This document shows positions 23,136 to 33,900 of a stretch of DNA of 64,000 nt, piece by piece. The notes beneath the pieces are model-generated. The model searched no databases and was not told the origin of the DNA. It was given only the letters and a program-made list of their open reading frames with translations. This DNA comes from Strigamia acuminata (lineage: Eukaryota), in assembly GCA_949358305.1 (NCBI GenBank), contig OX442314.1, positions 5,828,001 through 5,892,000 of the forward strand. The letters are read 5' to 3'. Position numbers and translations under genes: made by a program. Each line of letters begins with the position of its first letter. Position 1 is the first letter of the stretch.

Positions 23136-25642
23136 GTCAGTTCTTCGAATTTGGCTGTTAGCTTTTCTAACAATGCGTCGTTTTTGGCGGCTTCCTTCTC
23201 TTCTTTCCTCTTCTTTCGTTTTGGACAATCTCTTCTCCAGTGTCCCACCTCGTTACAATAATTACAAGGTTTTGTGGTGGAGTTATCTGTTTTCGGGTAC
23301 GGTCGTCTCACGAACTCTTTTTTCTCGTAGGGTTTGTCGCTTTTTGGATTGTGGTGCTCCGTTTTATTCGCGGTCTTCATTCGGGGTCGGTAGCTTGGGG
23401 CGATTTCTTTCCCCATGTTAGCGTGGAGAGTCTCTTCTTCTTGTTGGCTATCGCTGGTATCCCCTCCTGAGTTTTGCTCGGAGTTATTGTCTTCACTTTC
23501 CCTCCCTTCTTCGAGATTAGTTGCGTCGGAGTTTGTACTGGCTTTGTAAGCTTTTGGAGCCGGTATCGGGTTCGAGGTGGCTTTATCGTTCGCCTTTTTC
23601 GGAGGTGCGGCCTCGATTTCCCCGTTCAGGAAGCTACGCGACTGGATCAGTCTCCCTGCGTCATGATTTTTCGCATGGATACGCTGTATGCGGAGTTGCG
23701 TTTGTGTCCTCTGTTCGGGCGTCAGGGCTTCCGTATAACGATCGTCTACTTCTTCGTGATAGTCATTTACAAATTTTAGCAGCTGTTCGAAACTATCTGC
23801 TGTGGGAGCGTTCATATCTCTCAGTACTTTCTTTGAGGTGTCGTTTAACCCCTTTTCGAAAATCACGTTTTGCGCATATTCGTCGAGTGGCGTATCCAAC
23901 TCGTTGAACAAACTTTTCGCTCGTCGGAAATAGGCTCGTAACTCTTCTCCTGCGGCTTGTAGCATGAGACTGACTCTCTGTCTAATTTCTTTTTGGGTCT
24001 CGCCGTACTGACTGTTGAAAGCGACGACAAACTGTTCCCAAGTTTTTAATTTTGCTTCCACATACCAGGCTCTGGCTTCCCCTATTAACATTTCGGGTAG
24101 CCCTTTTGTTACCATCTCGTCGGGTTCGGCTCCGAGTCGTGAAATGGTGAGTGCCACTTCGTCTAAGAAGTTATTGCCGGCCCTCCAGGTTCCGTCGAAT
24201 CTCATCAGTCGCAACTGTGACCATTTTATGTTTCGGTCCTTTTGTTCTAAAGCCCATTGATCGGCGGAATATTTTCGAAGAAGGCTCTCATTTTGTCTTG
24301 GGCGATTTCTCAGATTTCGATTTTGGTTGACCTGGGAGTCGGCGCGTGCTCGTTCCTCGAGTGCTCTTAATCTAGCTTCCATTATGGGATCGGCTTGGTA
24401 TTGATTCCCACAGTTCGGGGACGTAGCTCCATTTTGGGGCGCAAATCGTTGGAAATTACCGTTGGTTGAGTTCGGGTCGGTCAAGGTCGGTGTTGTCGAG
24501 TTTGGCTGCGACTCGGTCAGTTGTGTTCCGGGGGGGAAAATTCCGTTTATGGCTGTTCCATTTAGGACCCCGTTCTTCTGTCCGATCAAAATGGTCGACC
24601 CTCTCCCGCCGTAAAGTTGTGTCTTTAGTCTTGCGGCTTCTCGGTCGACTTCGTTGGCGGCTTGTATTTTAATTCTTTCCGCCTCGTTTGCGGCTTCGAC
24701 GTTGGCTTGTACCGTCTGGATATCTTCGAGGCTTGGCATTGCCAACCTGTTCCGTCCTTGCTGGTTTCTGAGGTGGTTTCGCTGATTTATCAGTCTAATC
24801 ATCTCTGCGTTAGGGTCCTTTGGGGTTTGACTGGTGTGGCCAGCTCTCGTAGCAAAGGATTGGGCGATTGCCCACGACTGTTGACCCTTATTATTTCGAC
24901 GGTCCTGCTGGAAGGCTTCCAGGAATTCGTTCTGGATTTCGACTGGCTCGTCCACTATACTATCCCATCCTTGAACGTTGATTCCTTTCGAGCTGAGGGA
25001 ATCGGCCTCGCTTTCGTCGTCGGCGTCGGATGTTCGGGTGGAATCATAGGAGTCCGTCGTTTGGTTATTCGTTTTTTGACGTTTTACGTTTTTTCGACCT
25101 CTTCTAAGGGCTCGTTTTTCCGCTCGCTCTTTGGCAAGACGAATGATCATGTTCATCTGTGCTAGCGGGTCCCCTTCTTCGTTGTAAGGGATTCCCTCCA
25201 GTCGAGCGAGTTCGTACGCTTCTTTACAGCTATCGATCTGGGATTTCTTCGAATTATAACCGTGTGTGATCGTGACACGATTACTCTGGCGATTATCCTG
25301 ATTGTCGAATAGGTTATACCCGTTCTGACTTTGTTCGGATTCTTCTTCTTCCTCTTCGACTTCTTCTTCGATTCGCTGATTTATCGGCGTTTTATTGGTT
25401 GGGTTTTTGCTAGCGGGTACTTTACTAGCCGGCGTTTTTCCGGTCGGCACATTCTCGGGTGGTTTTTCCGCGTGGTTTTCGTTGACTGGTGTCTTTCCAG
25501 TCGTCTTTTCCCTCGTCGGCTCCGGTGGCTGCTTTTCTAACGCTGGACTAGCTAATGCTTCGGCCCTTGCCTTGGCGGATTCCATGGCTTTTCTTCGGGC
25601 GCTTGCGGTTGAAGGGTTTCGATTTTTCCCGCTTTTCGTCAT
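23102..25642 (-). CDS. gag: Gypsy-B gag
   Basis: Retrotransposon gag core (LIGEARAWY...TWEQFVVAF) and CCHC knuckle CNYCNEVGHWRRDC. First ATG at 25642. Confidence 0.92.
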   Translation of the reverse strand: MTKSGKNRNPSTASARRKAMESAKARAEALASPALEKQPPEPTREKTTGKTPVNENHAEKPPENVPTGKTPASKVPASKNPTNKTPINQRIEEEVEEEEEESEQSQNGYNLFDNQDNRQSNRVTITHGYNSKKSQIDSCKEAYELARLEGIPYNEEGDPLAQMNMIIRLAKERAEKRALRRGRKNVKRQKTNNQTTDSYDSTRTSDADDESEADSLSSKGINVQGWDSIVDEPVEIQNEFLEAFQQDRRNNKGQQSWAIAQSFATRAGHTSQTPKDPNAEMIRLINQRNHLRNQQGRNRLAMPSLEDIQTVQANVEAANEAERIKIQAANEVDREAARLKTQLYGGRGSTILIGQKNGVLNGTAINGIFPPGTQLTESQPNSTTPTLTDPNSTNGNFQRFAPQNGATSPNCGNQYQADPIMEARLRALEERARADSQVNQNRNLRNRPRQNESLLRKYSADQWALEQKDRNIKWSQLRLMRFDGTWRAGNNFLDEVALTISRLGAEPDEMVTKGLPEMLIGEARAWYVEAKLKTWEQFVVAFNSQYGETQKEIRQRVSLMLQAAGEELRAYFRRAKSLFNELDTPLDEYAQNVIFEKGLNDTSKKVLRDMNAPTADSFEQLLKFVNDYHEEVDDRYTEALTPEQRTQTQLRIQRIHAKNHDAGRLIQSRSFLNGEIEAAPPKKANDKATSNPIPAPKAYKASTNSDATNLEEGRESEDNNSEQNSGGDTSDSQQEEETLHANMGKEIAPSYRPRMKTANKTEHHNPKSDKPYEKKEFVRRPYPKTDNSTTKPCNYCNEVGHWRRDCPKRKKRKEEKEAAKNDALLEKLTAKFEELTKNWLKQTEKK
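23129..23135 (-). promoter_or_regulatory. -1 ribosomal frameshift heptamer A AAA AAC (Gypsy-B)
   Basis: Gag frame reads ACA AAA AAC TGG, inside the gag/pol overlap; pol lies in the -1 frame. Confidence 0.7.
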
Positions 25643-26631
25643 TTCGATAGTTTGCAAAGTTCAAACCGTAAGATATGTTTATTTAAAATAGTTTGAATGT
25701 TCAAAACTATCCCGGACAGACCCCCACGTGTCGTAACCTTGATTCCGGTAAATAAACTTACACAATATCTTACAATAATAACCTTTTATTTCACACTTGT
25801 AATATAATACAAATATACTTAACAATGTTGTGGTCTCGGATCCTTGTCGGCGGATACGATTTGTTGCTGCACGGCAGTCTTACACGTGGTTTCTGTTGTC
25901 TAGGGTAATGGCGTCTGGCGAAACACGTGTTCGCAAACGCTTCGCTTCGGTAGATATTACTATCGTAGTATTGCTACGATAAATATCTGTGACTGTGATT
26001 TATAGATGAATTTGGCAACGGGCATCGATCCTCTATCAATCCGGTAAAACGGCCTGACGGTGAGGTGGTGATGCTAATGTTGCTCTGGTATCTATATCGT
26101 CTTGGTTTCCGGTCAGATACGGGTTTAAATAGTGGCTGGACCGGAAATGACGTATTTGCATAAATTCGGGGAATTATGCAAATCTATGACGTTGTCACGT
26201 CAGTCCCGCAGAAACGGTAAAACTAGTATAGCTAGTTTTCCCGCAATAATCTGACAATCATTTTACTATCAATATTAAAATTACTATTTATTAAGTTATG
26301 ATTAATTAAAACACTTTTGTGACCTCGTGGTCACCACAAATGATTAAATGTTTCTATTAATTATAGTATTATTTGATATTTCAAATAATGAATACGTTAT
26401 GTGATTGGAATTAATATGTCGGGCTTGAGATTTCTGAGATGCGTGATTGGTTGAAACTTGTTCTGCGCCTATTCGGTAAGAACATCTTGTTGAAATCGGT
26501 CTAAAAATGAGTTTGTAGGGGTTTTTGAGGTATCTTATTATTTTTTACGAGTTGTTATCTTGAACCTGACTCCTATGATTAAAGGATTGATTGCTAATTT
26601 AATTAGATCTATTCATGTATGTTTCAAAGTA

Positions 26632-27200
26632 CAGTCGAAACTCTTTATAACGAATCGCAAGGGACCGGACAAATCGATTCGTTATAACGAGAATTCGTTA
26701 AAACGAATTAGCTGAAAAAAATAAAATGTCATCATAAACAACATTATTTATTCATAAAATCATGTTAATTTTATCCCGATTCTTAAAAACCGTTGAAATT
26801 GTTAAAACGGGACAAATTAAACTCAACTGCTACAATTGGTAGCTTCTTGCCATTGTTAATGGCATTAAAAATGTTCAACTTGTCCTAAATTAAAATTTCT
26901 TTTCATTTGGCAGCCATTTTAAAACAGAAAATTTTCATTTTTTCTAAATGTGTTCCTAACATGGGCATAAGATGTTGTGAGTCATGTGATCAGTTTTGAA
27001 AATTCGTTATAACGAGGGCTTGTTGGTATTACAGTGTACCTGAAAACCTGTTCGTTATAACGAATAATTCGTTATATCGAAATTCGTTATAACGAAAATA
27101 TTTAACATGGTGTTCTATGGCTGGCCAACCAAGTCATTTTAAACAATTCGTTATAGCAATAATTCGTTATATCGCGATTCGTTATAAAGAGTTTCGACTG
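26632..27200. mobile_element. Tc1/mariner-pogo-type MITE (569 bp)
   Basis: Perfect 27-bp TIR CAGTCGAAACTCTTTATAACGAATCGC, TA TSD on both sides, many subterminal TTCGTTATA(ACGA) repeats, no ORF. Confidence 0.9.
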
Positions 27201-27911
27201 TATTTCACGGAGGCACTGGAGGTAAGTATTGTTTTAAATTATCTTTTTCTGATTATTGTGTGTTTATTTTCTCATTTCTATACCGTTGTATTGTTTCAGG
27301 CATGATTTGTGATTGTTGTTGCCGTTTTATCGATGTTAGATTTAACTAATAAAACATCCTAAAAAAATTATAAAAGCACTAAAAACACCAAAATAACGAC
27401 AAAAACACCAAAAATAAAAATTTTAAATCACATTTCTGTAATTGGCTAACCTTTAAATTACACAATAACTTATGTATAGAACTGACATAAAAACAAACGA
27501 CAGACTTAGGTACATAAATTTTTTTATTTTGCATATTTTTACACAGTATATTGCATAAAATGAAATTTTTGGTGCATATTTTTTTTGCATAAAAACAATT
27601 TTTTTTGCATAAATACTTGCTTTAGTACTGCTTTAGCTTGAAATAGAATTTGAATTAATACTTGTTTCCTTTACATCAACCTGATTGTTTGACACACAAA
27701 ATCACAAATATTCCAACGAGTACAACATGGAAACAGAGCTGACTAATTGATACTTAAAATTACTATTATATGTCGTACAATCAATTAATGGTGAATAAAG
27801 AAAGATAGTAGTGCACTATAGTATGTCAATTCTGAAACATCGTTTTCATAACGCCTGTGCACCCCAACCCATTCCAGGCTGGAGAAAGTTAAAGTTTTTT
27901 CATGCGAGCTT

Positions 27912-30900
27912 TTAACTTTCAAATTGATTACCCAAGCAGACTTTGAACCAATTAAAACTGTTTAAAATGCAAATGTAGAATGATAAAATTGACATTCCCA
28001 GAGTTAATCCTAGAATGCTGCCGATATCGCTTAAGAATTGAGACATTGGATATTTCTGCTGCTCTTCCATGGTCTCGATGAAACTATCAACTAATCGAAG
28101 GTTAATAAATGTGTAGAAATTAACTGGCAACTTATTCCCATGCAAAATAGTTTGGTAAAAAAAATTTTCACAAGGTTGTTTACATTTGCACTGTTTTTGA
28201 TTAGAGTCGTAGTTATTTAAGTACATTTGATGAGCAGTAGTAACATCTCCTGTAGTGTTGCAATTTGGCAAATTTGATGCTGACATGTAGGGTAATCTGA
28301 AAAGCACAAATAAAACATTATTGGAGAGATGACAACAGAATATGAAAATCTAAATGCATGTGAAATAAGCAAATGTCTATGAATAGTTGCAAATTTAAAA
28401 TGTGCCAAATCTCTGCCGTACCTGCAGTAAATACTTTGAAATAAATTGGTTTGCATGCAAGCATTATTACACTTGAAATAAGCAGATTTGTTTTCTTCAC
28501 ATTGATTGCGCTTTGTATTTCTTCGTACAGTCTATTTGATAAAATCAAGGTCAGCATAACATGATTTACCGTATTCGTACACAGTATATTGTTTATTTTG
28601 TTACCTTAAATATTCGAAGTATTCCTTCATTCAACCATCCATACATTAAATGTAATGGTTCCAGAAGGTTAACTTCCTCTCCTGGGTTGTTTAGAAATAA
28701 CTGAACAAGAAAATAATTAAAAGTATGTGGCCTTGTGTTTTAGGTTAGATAAAATTGATTCATTCCACTAAGTGTCATTGCTGCTTGATAGAAAACCAAT
28801 TGATTTTAGCTTACCTTTATATGCTGGTAACATACTTCAGGAGGAATTAGGAATTCGAAAGCAACATTGAGGGAAACCATTAAGTTAGTTGATTTTTCTG
28901 ATAGAAAAGGACATTGAATCCGAGTGCTTGTGAAATGCTTCACATATATACTGCACATACCTGAATTTATTTGTGTACAATGGCCAAACGGAAGAGGAAT
29001 GAGAATTTTTGATGTGTTAAGTATTGTTTTATATCCAAGAAAATGCTATAAATATCAAATAATTCAGTCTACGGTAATTTTCTTGTCATGATTATGTTTA
29101 GGAATATACCGTATAAGTTACGTCATTATTAAAAGAGACTGTGTCGTGGACATTGAGTTTTTCCCAGATTTCATCCAATGATAAATTGTCGTTGAACAAT
29201 TGCCACGGTGATACATTGTTGCAGGTTTTCTTCGTTTGTTTCATCCAATTCAATCTGGCTTCAGCAATTGCATTATCTTGTGTTTCACCACAGACCGTCA
29301 CCGTTGGATATTGGGTAAATCGTCGTGGAACTATTCTCACAATTTTGGTTACCGGTTCTTCAATGTAGTAGTTTACACGAATTTGCAAGCAATACAAAGT
29401 GACTCCCGAGCAAATTATAACCAGAATTGTCTTAAGATTAAGTGAAAATACATTTCTTCTACTTTGCTCTTGACTCGCAATTATATTCTTTGTGCATTTG
29501 TCATTAACACGGCGAATCTTATTAACCGGTTTTTTTTTCCGAATGTTTGCTAGATACCAAGCGATTTCAGGCAACGACGTTAAAGAAAGACCGAGAAATA
29601 GGCCCAGATTGCCTCCTAAATCTGACAGTAAAGCAATAATATCATATGTGTACCTTTCTTCATACACGTGGATTTTATCATTAGTTATCGCCAGTGACAC
29701 AGATATAATGTTTTTATCATCTGCTATGCCCACTTCAGTGTATGTTGTAAATATTAACTGTTCATACCATATAGCTCGTGTGTCTTATCCGAACATTTAC
29801 AAAGTGGTAAATCGGTCTTTGTAAAGGGTAAGCTTGCAAAGAAAATTATTTCTTATTTTCTGATTGTAGTTACTCTACATCACGCATTCTCACCTGCATG
29901 TCAAATGTTTTTTAAATTTTTTCGTCAAACATCCACGATAGCATTCTTTGTATTCGTTTTCACTGGAGCATAACCTCTTAGCTGAATTCAAAAATATAAA
30001 CTAAAATGCAATAAGTAATATAAATATTACTTGCTAATTTCATCAGACAATTTAAAAGTTTACTTTGTTAAAAGTCAAATCTATTTTTACTGTTTCCCCA
30101 AGGTTTGGTGATGCTACAGGAATGTTTCTTCCAAAATCGTAAAATGACATGGAAACCTAAGCGAAAATAGAAAGAATAAAAAAATAAGAAAAGCAGCATT
30201 TTTTGATACAATATACTAGGTACAATGCTACGTACTAGATACGGAGCTATTGGGCATACGTAATCATATGTTTTTTCAATATTTGCTGTCAATAATTTCC
30301 GGACAAATGATTTGCTAGAAGTTATAGCTGTACCAATGAATGATATTTGTGTTATCAAGTAAGGTTTTGTTTTTGAAGTTAAACTTCTTTCGGCACAGCT
30401 GAATACAAAGGAGATGTCACAAGATGTCATTAAAAGCACTGCCGTCTGTGGGGATACTCGAACAAAACATGATCACGACGGGCCTCTATATTACAAGCGA
30501 TATTCTTACGAGCGATTATGTATACTGTGTTCGTGCTGTGTGTATGCATCCGTGTGGCGACAAGTTTTGTAAGTATGTACGAAGTCGCACATGTACATGT
30601 TCTTTGTATTCATAACCGTGTGACAAATTAGCAATAGATGGCGCCACTAGTATTAGCGGCAAATTCAACCTCGAACTTACTATTTTCAATATAAATAGTT
30701 CACAAACATATTATTATGTTGATACGACTAAATGTGATTCACATCGATAATATAAAAATATATTATCAATACTTAAGAAGATAAAATAGGCGTTACTGCT
30801 TTATCACCGATACATGACGAGAAACACGGTTTCGAAGGTATTTCCGTTCTGTGTATCCATTTCCTGTCCCCGGTATCCAGTTCCGGTTTGTGCTAAAAAA

Positions 30901-33900
30901 TTAGCATAATCCCAATTTGCATCCCCGTATCCACTTCCTGCGATACGAGATTGGTGGAACTTAATCCCACCGAGTATAAAACTCCCTGACAACAGGAAGT
31001 TAAGTTAGTTCTTGATTTCTGGTTATTTGGTATGTTCCGCATGTCAAATAACTGTTTCTTACTCAGGGCATGGGCCTACCGGTCCATGCATAGCATGGCT
31101 CTGCTGAGCCATGCAACCCCCGTCAACTGAAGGCGAAGTTCGGACTGTTAATGTTTCCGTCAAACGGTCTTGCCGAGGAGAAAGCCTCCCGCATAAGTAT
31201 CCTCGTGGTCGGACAATAGAATCACGTGTGATACCAAAGTATTTAGTAACCGTTAGTAGCACTGTTACTGAAAGAGATTGACTCCATCACTTGATGGTGC
31301 CAAAGCAGTCTGCATGCAAAACATGCAGTTACCGCCAGTAGCACTATGTGTTTGGGAAAGTTATATCTCTTCGGTGATGGTGCCAAAGCAGTCTACTTAT
31401 GAGTAGTATCTCAGGTGATTAATTCTGTTGTGCAGAACTGCGGGCTATATCCCCCTGAATACCAGTGCCGTCTCTCACCGCACTGTTATTTAGGGCACGC
31501 GCGATACTGTTCTGCTCAGCAAGGTGAACTTTGACGGCAATTGTGTGTTGCGATGTTTAACCTTTATTATATCCTGTAGTTGATAATAAACCTTAATTGT
31601 TTAAACTTGGCAACAAGTTAACAACCGAAGTAAGTCACGAGACTTATTTCATTGTACGACGAATCAAATTCGTAACAATAAATTGAATACAATTTATTGA
31701 GTTAATTTACTAAACTCACAACACCGCGAATTACATATAATTCGCAAGCGGAATCTTGGCGAATAAATGACTTCATTTATTCATTACCAATTTCCAACCC
31801 TAGTTGTGGCGGTGCACATGAGTCAACCGCACCTCTCGGATCGAGCCAGACAGCATTACACGGACCATTACACGATACGAACCAGGAACGCGAAGGAACC
31901 AGTTCCACGATTACGAAGCGCCGACGGAAGCCGCGAGGACACAGCCAGCCCGGCTATCTGATGACATCTATACTCGGTCGAGCGGGCGTTTTGCCGTTCC
32001 CGAACCCCGGATCACCAATGACCGTAATCATATTATTTTAGGGCTGTTTTACAGCCAATTCATGTATAGTTTAACTTGTATTTAACTTGCCAAATGTCGG
32101 CATTAGAATTTGTATAACTTTTAGATTTGATTCTATTGTTTGACAACAATAAATGTAGTGTTTTGAGAAACTTGTTGTCTTTATTTTATCTCGTATTATT
32201 CACTATTTCACGCGACTTATACCCGGTACTATCATGCGATAGGAGTTGTGGTCGTCACCGTCACACGTGGAGGTCCCACCGAGATAGGTTGCAAAGTTTA
32301 AATTTACCGAATTTAAATAAAAGTGAAAATTGAGATAAATAAAGAGTATAACATTTCAAAACATTTTATATGTCTCTGCTTTTGCGAAGTAGGGAATCCC
32401 CTTTAAGAACGTTGGGATTCGTGAGAACTCTAACATTAAAGGGAAAGTTTCGTTGTGTTGAAAAAACACTTAAAATCGAAGTAAAATTAATTTTAATTTT
32501 CACGAAAAAAGGCTTGGTAAAATTTCAATGTTAGTTGAATATTTTCGTAAGAAATATCCAATCAGTAACGAGATTGACCAGGCCAAAGTGCGGACGTAGT
32601 AGAAAACTACTAAAATAAAGGATTAGTTTCCATTTTATCATTGGATAAAATAACTTTCCACCAATAAAGTGTCAAGGGATTAAAGGATTATCGATCCTCG
32701 ATGCCACGCGGATCCAGACTACAGACGACCATTCGTATCCAGACCAGACCTGCAGACACGTGCTCCAGTAGCCATCTTGACCACGCCGTCCCGTTCAGTC
32801 CCGATTCGAATTTTCCACGCCGTAAACCAGCTAAAGTTAAGTGTATTTCACCTATTATTTTAACAAATAGTTTAAAGCGCCTTCTCACCCGACGCTAGTT
32901 TACTTGTAGTAGGATTCATTTGATTGTTCAAAATTTATCGATAGTTTAACGCGTTTAACCACCACGTGGAGTTTAAGCTTAACCTTATCAAAGTGTATTG
33001 TTATTTTGAAGTGTATTTTCATAAAGTGTGTTATCGTTCTTTAGTAATAAAGAATTTAAAACTTTTATCATGTCTAACGAAAACATTCAGATGAATGAAC
33101 GAGAAGTTGATGACGGAAACTTGGAAAATAGTTACGTCCGACTCGAAGACCAAACGGATTTAATTCCGGACGATTTAACAGAGTATTGTCAACTCTATAA
33201 TCTGAATCGGGTTGATTTCAAAACAATAACCGAAGCGGTTAATCATGTACGCGTACTTGAGAAAAGAAATCAGAGAATTAGACCCGATGAAGATGAAGAT
33301 TCGGAGAACGAAAGTCGGCATTCGCGGACTTCACACCGAACCCCACGAAAAACGATTCCCACGAATCGTAAGCTGGACTTTCCCTCTCCTAAAAAGAGGT
33401 TGGGATATCAAGCCCGGATAGTGTCGACTCCCCAGCTAAACGATAGAATGGTACGCGAACCATCGTTTAGCCGATCCCGTAGTCAGCAAAGTTCTGGACA
33501 AAGAACACCCAGTTCTAATAGTCCTTTAAATCTAGCCAAACCAAGGTCTAGATCGACTAGTGTTAATCGAATGATTAACAATAGTAATTCGGGTTTTATC
33601 CCCCAAACTTCAGGGAATAGACAAAATATCTCCCAAAATTCGGGACATAGACAGTATGTTACTCCAACATCTGGAAATAGACATTATGTCCCCCCGACAC
33701 CGGGGAAAGGACAGTTTGTCCCCCCAACGCAGTCAAAAAGAGTGTCAAATCGAACTCCAAGGAGATCCGATCCGATCCCACCATCCCCCGTTATTCAAAA
33801 TTTACCGGTGGGAAAGACTCGTTCAAATCAGACACCCCCAGAACGAGTACAAAATGAAAGTAGTGTTCCACATGGACAACATGTACCATCTGGCAATCAT

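Larger units (their letters stand above)
14941..26338 (-). mobile_element. Gypsy-B: full-length three-ORF Ty3/Gypsy element, apparently intact
   Basis: 610-bp LTRs 14941-15550 and 25729-26338, no difference seen by eye. TSD AATG. PBS TGGGGGTCTGTCCGGGAT (15/18 match to the tRNA-Pro PBS) at 25709-25726. PPT GAGGAGGGG near 15554-15562. Confidence 0.96.

Noticed and set aside
21025..25691. Antisense and overlapping ORFs of 60-230 aa over gag/pol throughout the window
   Set aside because: Expected shadow frames of long coding sequences; no motifs and mostly non-ATG starts.
26990..27200. CRISPR-like repeat array (TTCGTTATA repeats)
   Set aside because: Short, irregularly spaced subterminal repeats of a TA-TSD MITE in eukaryotic DNA; no cas genes.
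31955..31990. Hammerhead ribozyme (CTGATGA) in the Gypsy-C LTR
   Set aside because: No stem II followed by GAAA at the right spacing.
30804..32333. Small ORFs repeated at 43324-44877, and similar pairs 3834/10152, 48591/54928, 56836/63088
   Set aside because: They recur only because the LTRs are duplicated; no protein motifs.
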